Shown piece by piece: positions 36,512 to 47,233 of a stretch of 64,000 nucleotides of DNA (the stretch's first letter is position 1; each line of letters starts with the position of its first letter). A program made the position numbers and the translations under genes. Location of the stretch: the IMG/VR virus record IMGVR_UViG_3300020474_000993; one strand, given 5' to 3'. Source of the DNA: a virus. Below the pieces are notes generated by a model, which saw nothing but the letters and a program-made list of their open reading frames with translations, was not told the DNA's origin and searched no databases.

Positions 36512-38025
36512 TGGATGAGTTGACTAAACTTTTTGAGGCAATTGCAAAAGAGAAAACAAGGACTCTTGATTTGCAAAAAGAAGAAGTCCTCAAGCAAGTT
36601 AAAAAAACTGAAAAGAAAAACGCCCATCGTTCCAAAGTAAAAGAAGACTTTTGGGGGGTGTTTAAGAGCGAACTCAAAAAACTTTCCGAAGAAGAAGAAC
36701 AAAATAAAAATAAGTTAGAAAAGTTAGAGGAAATCAGAGATGAGTTCAAAGATGTAACTCCAATATTATATAAAGAAGAGGTTGAAGAAGAACAAAAATC
36801 AGTTGCTCCCGACTTCCTTGTAGACATCGACCCACAAAAAATGGCAAATGAGTTTGATATTACTCCAGTTAGTAAGATATCAGAAGTGATTATGCCATAC
36901 TCAAAAGAACCATATCAATTAAAAGACCATCCCACGGAACTCATTGAACAACCAGAGGACAATCAAGACCCAGACATTTTTGCCTTAGAGTCAAAAGTTA
37001 ATGAGTTAGAAATGAAGTATGCTGGTGCGGTAGAAGAAATAGAAGAGATAACGGAAGAAGCGCAACCAGAGACATTTAATGTAACTAAAGATGCTTACAG
37101 TGCGGTTATGGATGTTCTTAGTCTCAGACCTGTAGAGAAGAAAGACAAGGATGAAAGACAACTACAAGAACTTGCTGTACAATATCTTGCTGAGAAAAAA
37201 CAAGTTGTACAGGAACAGGTTGATGAAACCGCAAGTGTTCAAAAACAAATAGCAGATATCAATGCGAATATACGACAATTAATATTGGGTATGCAAGGTA
37301 TCGGTGGCGGTGGTGAGGTTCGACTAGAACGCTTAGATGATGTTGACCGTTCATCCGCTACAACAGACGGTAGGTTCCTACGATATAGTTCTTCCACTAA
37401 GAAGTGGGAAGGTGTTGCAATTGATACTGGTGACCAAGCTGCAATCCTAGATAATTCTGGAACACCATCACTTGCAACAGGTGTGACTGCATCTGAAATT
37501 AGAACATTAATTGACGCCCAACAATCTGGTTCTTATGTAACCCTTAGTGGATTGTCTGTGGGTAGTGAAGCATCCGCATCTGGTGATGGTGGGATAGCAT
37601 ATAATAATAGTACTGGTGTATTTACATACACACCACCAGATTTATCTACGAAGGCAAACCTTGCTAGTCCAGCGCTTACTGGTAACCCAACTGCGCCGAC
37701 ACAATCTGCAAGTGATAACAGTACGAAGATTGCTACAACTGCCTATGCTGATACAGCAGTTGCGAACATTGTTGATTCATCACCGGCAGCTTTAAATACT
37801 CTGAATGAACTTGCAGCTGCTTTGGGAGATGATGAAAACTTCTCTACTACAGTTACAAATAGTATTGCTACTAAAGCACCGTTGGCTAATCCAGTATTAA
37901 CAGGAACACCAGCTGCTCCAACCGCTTCAACAGGTACTAACACAACACAGATTGCTACTACAGCATTTGTAAAACAAGAGATAGACGCTCTCAAAGCCTT
38001 ACTATACGCTTACGACCAATCCTAA
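36511..38025 (+). CDS. Coiled-coil protein with C-terminal tail-fibre repeats (wac/fibritin position)
   Basis: Acidic helical N-half, GGGGEVRLERLDDVD, SPALTGNPTAPT..IATTA repeats, LNTLNELAAALGDD; just upstream of gp13. Confidence 0.65.
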   Translation: MDELTKLFEAIAKEKTRTLDLQKEEVLKQVKKTEKKNAHRSKVKEDFWGVFKSELKKLSEEEEQNKNKLEKLEEIRDEFKDVTPILYKEEVEEEQKSVAPDFLVDIDPQKMANEFDITPVSKISEVIMPYSKEPYQLKDHPTELIEQPEDNQDPDIFALESKVNELEMKYAGAVEEIEEITEEAQPETFNVTKDAYSAVMDVLSLRPVEKKDKDERQLQELAVQYLAEKKQVVQEQVDETASVQKQIADINANIRQLILGMQGIGGGGEVRLERLDDVDRSSATTDGRFLRYSSSTKKWEGVAIDTGDQAAILDNSGTPSLATGVTASEIRTLIDAQQSGSYVTLSGLSVGSEASASGDGGIAYNNSTGVFTYTPPDLSTKANLASPALTGNPTAPTQSASDNSTKIATTAYADTAVANIVDSSPAALNTLNELAAALGDDENFSTTVTNSIATKAPLANPVLTGTPAAPTASTGTNTTQIATTAFVKQEIDALKALLYAYDQS

Positions 38026-38029
38026 GTCT

Positions 38030-38037
38030 TATAAATA
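38030..38037 (+). promoter_or_regulatory. Late promoter TATAAATA for gp13 operon
   Basis: Exact consensus, intergenic. Confidence 0.85.
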
Positions 38038-38072
38038 GTCAAAGTATTAAAACTATTTAAATAGGGGTTCAC

Positions 38073-39029
38073 ATGGCTTTATCCACAAGACAAGGACTCA
38101 TCGACTATTGTTTACGAAGGTTAGGACACCCTGTAATAGAAATCAATGTCGATGAAGACCAAATATCAGATAGAATCGATGATGCCTTTCAACATTGGAA
38201 CGAATATCATTTCGATGGTGTAGAAAGGGCATATGTCAAACACAAGTTAACTGGGTCTACCTTAACTTTAACAGGTAGCGCAACCTTCACATCGGGTGAA
38301 ACAATTACTGGTGGAACTTCTGGTGCAAAATCAACAGTCCACTCATCAAGTTCTGGAACTTCAGTAGTTTATGAAAGAACAAGTACTGCTGAAGTATTTG
38401 AAGCGAACGAAACAATTACAGGTTCGGACTCTGGAACAACTGCAACTATTCAAAGTATATCTAAAGGTGATATAGAAAACGGTTATATACCAATAGGCAA
38501 TGATATTCTAAATGTTGTTAGGGTTTTCAAATTTGGTGCATTGATAGGCAGTAAATCAGATGGATTATTTGATGTGGACTATCAGTTTGCAATGAATGAT
38601 TTATATAATCTACTATCTGCTGATATAACATACTACGCTATGGTCAAGACTCACATGAATTTATTAGAAAGTATATTTAGAAATGAGAGACCAATTAGAT
38701 TCAACAGAAAAACTAATAGATTATATCTGGACACAGATATGGACGCGACCTTTAATATAGATAACTATATTGTTGCGGAAGCATATGCTATATTAGACCC
38801 CACTACATACACCGAAGTGTATGATGATATGTTCTTGAAAAGATATGCCACTGCTCTTATTAAAAGACAGTGGGGTGAGAACATGAAAAAGTTTGGGGGT
38901 ATCGCGTTGCCGGGCGGAGTAACACTTAACGGTGACCAAATATACGGAGAAGCAATCAATGAAGTTGCAGTCATAGAAGATGAAATGCAATTAAAATATG
39001 AATTGCCACCTATGATGATGACAGGGTAA
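38073..39029 (+). CDS. gp13: Neck protein (head-tail adaptor)
   Basis: YCLRRLGHPVIEINVDEDQ, YHFDG, KRQWGENMKKF..LPGGVTLNG. Confidence 0.95.
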   Translation: MALSTRQGLIDYCLRRLGHPVIEINVDEDQISDRIDDAFQHWNEYHFDGVERAYVKHKLTGSTLTLTGSATFTSGETITGGTSGAKSTVHSSSSGTSVVYERTSTAEVFEANETITGSDSGTTATIQSISKGDIENGYIPIGNDILNVVRVFKFGALIGSKSDGLFDVDYQFAMNDLYNLLSADITYYAMVKTHMNLLESIFRNERPIRFNRKTNRLYLDTDMDATFNIDNYIVAEAYAILDPTTYTEVYDDMFLKRYATALIKRQWGENMKKFGGIALPGGVTLNGDQIYGEAINEVAVIEDEMQLKYELPPMMMTG

Positions 39030-39033
39030 GTCA

Positions 39034-39786
39034 ATGGCTACGAATGTTTATTTCCAATCAGGCAATACCAGTGGTACTACTAACGAACAGCGTCTAGTAG
39101 AAGACTTGGTTATTGAAAGTCTAAAGATATATGGACACGATGTTCATTATATGCCTAGGACTTTGGTAAACAGGGATACAATTTTTGATGAAGATGAATT
39201 ATCCAAGTTCACACAACAATACCCCCTTGAAATGTACATGGAGAATGTCGAAGGATATGAAGGAGAGGGTGAACTATTTACCAGATTTGGTATAGAAATT
39301 AGAGACCAAGCAACTTTTATCCTATCTAAAAGACGATGGGAACAAATGGTTGACCGAGAAAAAGATAGTGGTGGCACTTTTCAGTTAGACGCGAGACCAG
39401 CAGAGGGTGATTTGTTGTACTTCCCCAAGACAAAATCTTTATTTGAGATTAAACTTGTGGAGTTTCAAAATCCTTTTTACCAGTTAGGAAAAATTTATAC
39501 TTTTAGGATGCAATGCGAACTCTTTGAATACAGTTCAGAAAGACTTGATACTGGTGATACGGATATTGATGGAATCGAAGACTTACAAAGTCTTGACATT
39601 CTACAGTTCCAGTTCCAATTAGAAAACGGAGACTTGCTGAAACAAGAAAATAATGACACTCTGATACTAGAAAGTTTCCAAACTAGTAGGGGTAATACTG
39701 GTGTAGATAATGCAGACTTTGATGCATGGCAAACTGCATCTAATATACTTGACTTTACGGAGTCTAATCCATTCGGTGAAATATAA
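39034..39786 (+). CDS. gp14: Neck protein (head closure)
   Basis: EQRLVEDLVIES, YMPR, RPAEGDLLYFP, CELFEYS, DFTESNPFG. Confidence 0.95.
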   Translation: MATNVYFQSGNTSGTTNEQRLVEDLVIESLKIYGHDVHYMPRTLVNRDTIFDEDELSKFTQQYPLEMYMENVEGYEGEGELFTRFGIEIRDQATFILSKRRWEQMVDREKDSGGTFQLDARPAEGDLLYFPKTKSLFEIKLVEFQNPFYQLGKIYTFRMQCELFEYSSERLDTGDTDIDGIEDLQSLDILQFQFQLENGDLLKQENNDTLILESFQTSRGNTGVDNADFDAWQTASNILDFTESNPFGEI

Positions 39787-40781
39787 TGTTTAAAAATAAA
39801 CAATTTTATAATCAACATACACGCAAAGCTATTATTGCATTTGGTACTATCTTTAATAATATCCAAATAAATAGAGTTAATGCTGGTGGTGTTACTGAAC
39901 AAGTTATTCGGGTTCCTCTTTCATATTCTACAAAACAAAAGTTTCTGACTAGGATTGAGGCAATTCCAGATACGGAATCTCGTGGAGAGGTTGCAATTAG
40001 TTTGCCTCGCATGGGGTTTGAAATTGTAGGATTCCAATATGACCCATCAAGAAAGGTCTCACCCATACAAAAAAACATAACTACTAGTGGTGCAGAAACC
40101 AATTCATATAAAACAAGTTTCGTATCTACACCATATGATATGAATATGTCTTTGTATGTTTTTGCAAAGAACCAAGAGGATGCCTTACAAATAGTAGAAC
40201 AAGTGTTCCCATACTTCAACCCAGATTTTAATGTGACTATAAATGATTTGCCTGAGTTGGGTATAAAAAGAGATATCAAAATAACTTTGGATAGTGTTAG
40301 TTATGAAGATACCTTTGAAGGTGCATTTGCAGACAGACAAGCTATTAACTGGACACTTAACTTTACAATGAAATTAAATTATTATGGATTTGTAGATAAA
40401 CAATCATTTATCAAAAAAGCAATAGCACAAACATATGAGAATAATGACTTTCTAGGGCCTAGAGTTCAACAGTCGTTCTCAGTTGGGACTACACTACCAA
40501 CCGCAACCGCTACAATAGGTAGTGGTTCGGTAACAGATTTTACTATAACATATGGTGGAGCGGGATATACTAGTCCACCTAACATTACTCTTACTGGTAA
40601 CGCGAGGGCACATGCCGAGATTACTAATGGAGAAGTAACAAGTATTGTTATAGATGATGCTGGGAGTGGTTATTCAGAAGCACCTACTGTGACATTTGAA
40701 GAACCACCTAATTATAATGCAGACCCCTATAAGGATGACCCATATAGGTTCGTGGAGGAGTTTGACCAAACTTATGTATAA
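39786..40781 (+). CDS. gp15: Tail sheath stabilizer/terminator with inserted C-terminal domain
   Basis: AFGTIFNNI, VPLSY, LPRMGFEI, QIVEQVFPYFNP, WTLNFT. Confidence 0.95.
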   Translation: MFKNKQFYNQHTRKAIIAFGTIFNNIQINRVNAGGVTEQVIRVPLSYSTKQKFLTRIEAIPDTESRGEVAISLPRMGFEIVGFQYDPSRKVSPIQKNITTSGAETNSYKTSFVSTPYDMNMSLYVFAKNQEDALQIVEQVFPYFNPDFNVTINDLPELGIKRDIKITLDSVSYEDTFEGAFADRQAINWTLNFTMKLNYYGFVDKQSFIKKAIAQTYENNDFLGPRVQQSFSVGTTLPTATATIGSGSVTDFTITYGGAGYTSPPNITLTGNARAHAEITNGEVTSIVIDDAGSGYSEAPTVTFEEPPNYNADPYKDDPYRFVEEFDQTYV

Positions 40782-40783
40782 CT

Positions 40784-41227
40784 ATGCCAAAAAATAAAGT
40801 ATTTGATGCACTCGATAAAACATTCAACACCGTAACTACAGAAATTGCTGAAAAAAAAGGTGGGGCTATCGCTGTGCCCGATAAAGAAGAAGAAAAACTA
40901 GACAAGGACTTTGAGGAAGCAAGAAACCTTTTAAAGCGTTCTGCTGAGTACGCGGAAGAAGCCGCTCAAGGTATCTTGCATGTCGCTACCAATAGTGACA
41001 ACCCTCGTGCCTATGAAGTTGCTGGACAAATCATCAAGACTATGGGTGAACAAGCTAAAGACATGATGGAAGTCCAAGAGAAGAAACATCGAATTGAAAA
41101 AAATTCGGATGCACCCAAGACTATTAGTAAGACAACTAACAACCTAGTATTCACTGGAACAACTTCAGAACTTATGAAACAATTGAAAGCAGAGAACGAA
41201 AAAATTATAGACCATGAGCAAGATTGA
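40784..41227 (+). CDS. gp16: Terminase small subunit
   Basis: PRAYEVAGQIIK, NNLVFTGTTSEL. Confidence 0.93.
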   Translation: MPKNKVFDALDKTFNTVTTEIAEKKGGAIAVPDKEEEKLDKDFEEARNLLKRSAEYAEEAAQGILHVATNSDNPRAYEVAGQIIKTMGEQAKDMMEVQEKKHRIEKNSDAPKTISKTTNNLVFTGTTSELMKQLKAENEKIIDHEQD

Positions 41228-42842
41228 ACAATCATATCACGGTAATCCTAATCTAAAACAAATTGGATATCTACACGATTTTTCTAAAGAACAACTAGAA
41301 GAATTAATTAAGTGTGAAAGTGACCCCATTTATTTTATAGAGAATTATTGTAAAATAGTTACATTGGATAAAGGTCTACAAGCTTTTAAACTGTACGATT
41401 GTCAGAAGAAAAAAGTTGATTTCATTATGAATAATAGAAAAACTATTCTAATGGAAGGTAGACAGCAAGGTAAAACAGTAACAGCTGCCGCTTGTCTGTT
41501 ACATTACACGGTTTTTAATAGTGACAAGACAGTTGCTATCATGGCAAACAAAACTGCGGCTGCCAGAGAAGTGTTAAACAGATACCAAACTATGTATGAG
41601 AATCTTCCTATCTGGATGCAACAGGGGGTTAAGACATGGAACAAGGGTGATGTAGACTTGGAGAATGGTTCTCGCGTGTTTACATCTGCAACCACTGCCT
41701 CTGGTATTCGGGGTAAATCAGTTAACTGGTTGTACATTGATGAGGCTGCAATCATACCAAACAATATAGCAGATGAATTTTTTGCATCTGTGTACCCTAC
41801 TATCTCTGCTGGTGAGACCACAAAAATTCTTTTGACATCTACACCATTGGGATATAATCATTTTTGGAAGTTTTGGAATGAATCGGACAAGGGTACTAAT
41901 GGATTTGACAATATGTTCATTCCATATACTGAAATTCCAGGCCGAGATGACGATTGGGCAGAAGAACAACTTAAATTATTAGGTGAGGTTAAGTTCAACC
42001 AAGAAGTTTTATGTGACTTCTTAGGGTCAAGTAATACATTGATTAACGGTAAATCCCTTGGGGTAATGTCTTCAATAGACCCAATTTATAAGAAAGATGG
42101 TCTGGACATTTATGAAGAACCTCAAGAAGATAAATATTATGTCATATCGGCAGATACCTCTAGGGGTATCGGTGGTGACTACTCTGCTTTTATAGTAGTG
42201 GACATCACTCAAATGCCGTTTAAGGTTGTTGGTAAGTATAGGGATAACAAAGTTTCCCCATTATTATATCCAGATTTTATTAGTAAAGTCGCAAAAGATT
42301 TTAATGATGCTTATGTGTTACTTGAGACAAACGATATAGGTCAACAAGTAGTAGATATACTTCACCAAGAACTAGAGTATGAGAATATTTTTAGTTGTGT
42401 ACAGGAAAAGAACAAACAATATGTTTCGCCTGGCTTCGGAAAACAAAGTACTCTAGGGGTGCGAACATCAAAAGCAGTAAAAAGACAGGGATGTTTGGCA
42501 CTAAAAAGTTTGATTGAAGAACAGAAGTTCTTATTATTTGATGCTGAGTGTATAAGTGAACTCTCAACTTTTGTTGAAAGAAGTGGTACATTTGCTGCTG
42601 ATGAAGGTTACCACGATGACCTTGCAATGTGTATGGTACTATTTGCATGGTTATCTACTAATACATTCTTTAAGGATTTGACTAATGTTGATATTCGTGA
42701 CAATTTGTATAATTCACAAATGAGAATGATAGAAAACGATTTGACACCATTTGGACTTGTTGTTAATGGACATGAACCAGAGGCAGAAGTGATGGGTGGT
42801 GACTATTGGATATGGGCAGATGAGAAAGAAAAAATTTTATAA
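41214..42842 (+). CDS. gp17: Terminase large subunit
   Basis: YHGNPNLK, RQQGKT Walker A, YIDEAA Walker B, STPLGYNHF, D.SRG.GGDYS, HDDLAM. Confidence 0.97.
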   Translation: MSKIEQSYHGNPNLKQIGYLHDFSKEQLEELIKCESDPIYFIENYCKIVTLDKGLQAFKLYDCQKKKVDFIMNNRKTILMEGRQQGKTVTAAACLLHYTVFNSDKTVAIMANKTAAAREVLNRYQTMYENLPIWMQQGVKTWNKGDVDLENGSRVFTSATTASGIRGKSVNWLYIDEAAIIPNNIADEFFASVYPTISAGETTKILLTSTPLGYNHFWKFWNESDKGTNGFDNMFIPYTEIPGRDDDWAEEQLKLLGEVKFNQEVLCDFLGSSNTLINGKSLGVMSSIDPIYKKDGLDIYEEPQEDKYYVISADTSRGIGGDYSAFIVVDITQMPFKVVGKYRDNKVSPLLYPDFISKVAKDFNDAYVLLETNDIGQQVVDILHQELEYENIFSCVQEKNKQYVSPGFGKQSTLGVRTSKAVKRQGCLALKSLIEEQKFLLFDAECISELSTFVERSGTFAADEGYHDDLAMCMVLFAWLSTNTFFKDLTNVDIRDNLYNSQMRMIENDLTPFGLVVNGHEPEAEVMGGDYWIWADEKEKIL

Positions 42843-42845
42843 ATA
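42838..42845 (+). promoter_or_regulatory. Late promoter TATAAATA for gp18
   Basis: Exact consensus overlapping the gp17 stop. Confidence 0.85.
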
Positions 42846-42905
42846 ATTGTTAGGAATAACTATTTAGTCAAGATAGATTAAAAACGAAATACGAAGGAGA
42901 ACAAA

Positions 42906-44858
42906 ATGGCTTTCCAATTATCGCCGGGCGTCTTAACGAAAGAACAAGACCTTACTAATGTTGTCCCCGCTGTAGCCACCACAATTGGTGGAATATCGGG
43001 AGACTTCCAATGGGGGCCTGCTCATGAGATTGTTGCTGTAAGTAGCGAAAACAATCTTGTAGAAAGGTTTGGTAAACCCACATCAAGTGTATATTATGAC
43101 CACATGGTAGCATCAAGTTTCTTGGCTTACGGTTCACAACTGTTAACTATCCGAGAAGTTGGTGCAGCTGCTAGAAATGCAGTGAGCACTGGTACTGCTG
43201 TAATAATTAAAAACCGAGGACTGTATGACGAGAACTATGCATCTGGTCAAGGTAGTGTTGGCCCTTGGGCTGCAAAGTATGCTGGTACTCTAGGTAATGC
43301 TCTTAAAGTAGAAATTGCAGATATCACTTCTGCATCTGGATTATCAGTCGGTTCAACAACAATAACCGCTGCTGGTTCTGGATATTCAGCCGCAACAGTA
43401 ACATTTTCTGACCCAACAGGTGTAACTCCTGCTAACGGTGGTATTACTGCTACTGGTACGGTTGCTTTAAGTGGTAACAATGTTCAATCAATCACAATTA
43501 CAAATCCAGGCTACGGATATACATCTGCGCCTACATTGACAATTGGTGGTGATGGTTCATCTGCAACTGCAACTGCTACGCTACAAACCGCGTGGACATA
43601 CAAAGACCAATTTGATTTTACACCAACCACAACAACACACGCTAAGAACAATGGCGCAACATATGACATGGTTCATGTTATCGTTATTGACGAAACAGGT
43701 GAAATCTCTGGAACTGCTGGAACAGTCCTAGAAAAATTTGCTGGACTTTCCAAGGCATCTGATGCCAGAGATGATTTAAATCAAACAAACTTTTATAAAA
43801 ATGTAATTAATGACCGTTCAGAATGGATATACTGGATGGATTATCCTACTACTGTCACATCGACATCTGGTAGTGCATGGGGAAGTTCTTCTGCTGGAGG
43901 AACTAGATTTGAAACATTGTCTGGTTCTGCTGCTGGAGATGTCTCAACTTCACTTGGAAGTGGTGTTGATGCTGCTCCTGCTACTGCTGACTTACAGTCT
44001 GGATATGGACTTTTCGCAAATGACGAATTAGTAGATGTTAACTTAATACTTAACTCTGCACACGCGACTGCTGTAGGAGATTACATTATCGATAATGTTG
44101 CTGAGATTCGTAAAGATGCAATGGTATTCATCTCACCACAGAGAAGTGCTGTAGTTAATAACGAAGGTTCAGAAGCAACATCAATTATTTCAACATCTGA
44201 CCTTAATGCATATACTCGCTCATCATATGCAGTGTATGATTCTGGTTGGAAATATATGTACGACAAGTACAATGACCGATATGTCTACATTCCTTTGAAT
44301 GGTGATATCGCTGGTACTTGTGTAGTTACAGATAAAGCAGATGACCCTTGGTTCTCGCCAGGCGGACTTAATAGAGGACAGATTAAAAATGCAATCAAAC
44401 TTGCATGGTCACCTAATAAGGCACAAAGAGATACACTTTACACTAAAGGTGTAAACCCTGTAATCTCAACGCCAGGCAATGGTATCATATTGTTTGGAGA
44501 CAAGACAATGCTTGATACACCAAGTGCATTTAACAGGATTAATGTCCGTAGGTTGTTTATTGTTCTTGAAAAGGCAATTGCAACTGCTGCTAAATTCCAA
44601 TTATTCGAGTTCAATGATGCTTTCACAAGGGCACAATTTACTGCTCTAGTAGAACCTTTCTTACGAGATGTTCAAGGACGAAGAGGTATCTTTGATTTCC
44701 GTGTAGTATGTGACGAAACAAATAACACAAGTGCTGTAATAGACGCTAATGAGTTTAGGGCCGACATCTTTGTCAAACCTGCCAAGTCTATTAACTTCAT
44801 CACTCTGACTTTTGTTGCAACCAGAAGCGGAATTTCTTTTGAAGAACTTGGCGGTTAA
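42906..44858 (+). CDS. gp18: Tail sheath protein
   Basis: MAFQLSPGV, FQWGP, PWFSPGG.NRG, FNRINVRRLF, FEFND, KSINFITLTF. Confidence 0.97.
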   Translation: MAFQLSPGVLTKEQDLTNVVPAVATTIGGISGDFQWGPAHEIVAVSSENNLVERFGKPTSSVYYDHMVASSFLAYGSQLLTIREVGAAARNAVSTGTAVIIKNRGLYDENYASGQGSVGPWAAKYAGTLGNALKVEIADITSASGLSVGSTTITAAGSGYSAATVTFSDPTGVTPANGGITATGTVALSGNNVQSITITNPGYGYTSAPTLTIGGDGSSATATATLQTAWTYKDQFDFTPTTTTHAKNNGATYDMVHVIVIDETGEISGTAGTVLEKFAGLSKASDARDDLNQTNFYKNVINDRSEWIYWMDYPTTVTSTSGSAWGSSSAGGTRFETLSGSAAGDVSTSLGSGVDAAPATADLQSGYGLFANDELVDVNLILNSAHATAVGDYIIDNVAEIRKDAMVFISPQRSAVVNNEGSEATSIISTSDLNAYTRSSYAVYDSGWKYMYDKYNDRYVYIPLNGDIAGTCVVTDKADDPWFSPGGLNRGQIKNAIKLAWSPNKAQRDTLYTKGVNPVISTPGNGIILFGDKTMLDTPSAFNRINVRRLFIVLEKAIATAAKFQLFEFNDAFTRAQFTALVEPFLRDVQGRRGIFDFRVVCDETNNTSAVIDANEFRADIFVKPAKSINFITLTFVATRSGISFEELGG

Positions 44859-44893
44859 TAGAGATAAATAAAAAAAGTTAGGAGAAAAAACAG

Positions 44894-45412
44894 ATGAATA
44901 TTGAAGAGTTTAAAGCCAGACTAGGTGCTGGAGGTGCGAGACCTAATCAGTTTAGGGTAAAGCTTGCCTTCCCTTCCTATGTAACTGGTGTTGACCCATC
45001 GTACAGTTTGCTCGTAACTGGGGCCGCCCTTCCCGCTTCCAATGTAAACCCTGCTATCATACAATATCGTGGTAGGGAAATCAAACTTGCAGGCGAAAGG
45101 ATTTTTGACCCTTGGACTATTACAGTCGTAAATGACTCAGATTTTAGTCTACGAGCACCATTTGAAGCTTGGATGAACGGTATGAATAACCGCGAAACCA
45201 ATGAAGCTATTACTTTGGAACCATCTGGTTACCAGAGTGATATTGTTGTAGAACATTTAGATAGGAATGACAAAGTGTTAGAGAACGGAACTTACACATT
45301 AAGAAACGCATTTCCTATTCAGATGTCAGAGATTGCACTAAACTATGCACAGAATGACATCTTTGAAGAATTTACGGTGACATGGCAATACACACATTAT
45401 GATGTAGAATAA
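44894..45412 (+). CDS. gp19: Tail tube protein
   Basis: GGARPNQF, LPAS, AGERIFDPWTITV.ND, EEFTVT. Confidence 0.96.
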   Translation: MNIEEFKARLGAGGARPNQFRVKLAFPSYVTGVDPSYSLLVTGAALPASNVNPAIIQYRGREIKLAGERIFDPWTITVVNDSDFSLRAPFEAWMNGMNNRETNEAITLEPSGYQSDIVVEHLDRNDKVLENGTYTLRNAFPIQMSEIALNYAQNDIFEEFTVTWQYTHYDVE

Positions 45413-45438
45413 TCTACAGGTTGAAGAAGGTATAAATT

Positions 45439-46956
45439 ATGGAATTATTTGGATTTGAAATAAAAAGATCCAAGTCAGAGTCGGAAAAAAGTTTTGTTCC
45501 GCCACATGACGATGGGTCAATAGAAAGTATAAAAGCTGGTGGATACTACGGTACTTACTTTGATATAGAAGGAACTGCTAATAGTGAGACCATGCTTATT
45601 AAGAGGTATAGAGATATATCTCAAATGGGGGATGTTGATGCGGCCATTGAGGATGTTGTCAACGATGCCATTGCAAACTTGGATGATGAGAAACCTGTTA
45701 AGTTAAATCTTGACAATGTTCAACAATCTGCCACGGTGAAAAAGGCGATTGTATCTGAGTTTGATGGGGTTCTTAGGATGTTGGATTTCAACACTAGGGC
45801 CCAAGATTATTTTAGGCGATGGTATATTGATGGAAGAATATTCTTTCACAAGGTCATCGACACTGAAAAGCCTAAAGAAGGTATAAAGGATGTTCGTTAT
45901 GTTGACCCAAGGAAAATCCGAAAGGTCAGAGAGATTAAAAAAGAGAAAGATAAATCAACTCAAGTAACTCTCGTTAAAGATGTACAAGAATATTTTGTGT
46001 TTGATGAAAAGGGAATTGCCACCAACTCGCAACTGTCCTATAGGTCAGAAGCAGTTAATGAAAAGGCAATCAAGGTTAGCAAAGATTCCGTTACATATTG
46101 TACATCGGGACTAGTTGACCAAGATAGGAATATACCACTTTCCTATCTTCACAAGGCGATACGCCCTGCTAACCAATTGAGAATGATGGAGAACGCAGTG
46201 GTTATATATCGTATCACACGCGCTCCAGAAAGAAGAATTTTTTATATAGATGTTGGAAATCTGCCAACAGGAAAGGCGGAACAATATCTAAAAGATGTTA
46301 TGAGTCGCTATAGAAACAAACTTGTTTACGATAGTGACACTGGTGAAATAAGGGATGACAAGAAATTTATGTCAATGCTTGAAGACTTCTGGTTACCAAG
46401 GAAAGAAGGTGGCAGAGGAACAGAGATTCAAACATTGCCAGGCGGTGCTAACTTAGGTGAGATTGAAGATGTAGTTTACTTCCAAAAGAAACTATACCAA
46501 TCTCTCAATGTCCCTGTTTCAAGATTGGAACAGCAGACAGGATTAAACTTTGGTAGGTCTGCCGAGATTACTAGAGATGAACTTAAATTTACTAAGTTTG
46601 TTTCAAAGTTGAGAAATAGGTTTAGTGGGATATTTGATGACCTACTAAAAACTCAACTGGTTTTAAAAGGGGTCATTAACGAGGAAGAATGGCCAGATAT
46701 TAAGAATGACCTACAGTATATGTTTGCAAGTGATGCTTACTATACTGAGTCTAAAGACCAAGAGGTTCTTAGAAGTAGGTTAGAAATATTAAATGGTATA
46801 GTTCCATTTATGGGACAATTGTTTAGTAAGGAATATGTGCAGAAAAATATCATGCGATTCTCTGACGAAGAGATAAATATGATAGAAGGACAAATTGCAG
46901 CTGCCCAAGAAGCAGAAGCTGGTAATGAAATAACTAATGGAGATAAAGATGAGTGA
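45439..46956 (+). CDS. gp20: Portal protein
   Basis: RRWYIDGR, YRITRAPERRIFYIDVGNLP, EDFWLPRKEGGRGTEI. Confidence 0.97.
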   Translation: MELFGFEIKRSKSESEKSFVPPHDDGSIESIKAGGYYGTYFDIEGTANSETMLIKRYRDISQMGDVDAAIEDVVNDAIANLDDEKPVKLNLDNVQQSATVKKAIVSEFDGVLRMLDFNTRAQDYFRRWYIDGRIFFHKVIDTEKPKEGIKDVRYVDPRKIRKVREIKKEKDKSTQVTLVKDVQEYFVFDEKGIATNSQLSYRSEAVNEKAIKVSKDSVTYCTSGLVDQDRNIPLSYLHKAIRPANQLRMMENAVVIYRITRAPERRIFYIDVGNLPTGKAEQYLKDVMSRYRNKLVYDSDTGEIRDDKKFMSMLEDFWLPRKEGGRGTEIQTLPGGANLGEIEDVVYFQKKLYQSLNVPVSRLEQQTGLNFGRSAEITRDELKFTKFVSKLRNRFSGIFDDLLKTQLVLKGVINEEEWPDIKNDLQYMFASDAYYTESKDQEVLRSRLEILNGIVPFMGQLFSKEYVQKNIMRFSDEEINMIEGQIAAAQEAEAGNEITNGDKDE

Positions 46957-47233
46957 AACAGATAATGTAGAAGTAGAAATTGCTGATGAAGTAACACCAC
47001 AAGATGCTGTCAGAAACATGATGGATAAGTGGGCAGACGGTGATTATACTGGAGCAAATGATGAGTTTGCAAAAGCTATGGGTACAAGGGCGGATGAATT
47101 AGTATCTGCTAGGAAAGAAGATATATCAAATGCGATATTTAATGACCCAGAACTTCAGAAGATGGGACTTGAAGCTGCACCAGAAGAGATAGAACAAACA
47201 GAAACCGAAGGGGAAACTGATGAAGACATTTAA
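46949..47233 (+). CDS. Small acidic prohead core protein (gp67-like)
   Basis: Acidic, directly after portal; GGAGA SD supports start at 46949. Confidence 0.6.
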   Translation: MSETDNVEVEIADEVTPQDAVRNMMDKWADGDYTGANDEFAKAMGTRADELVSARKEDISNAIFNDPELQKMGLEAAPEEIEQTETEGETDEDI

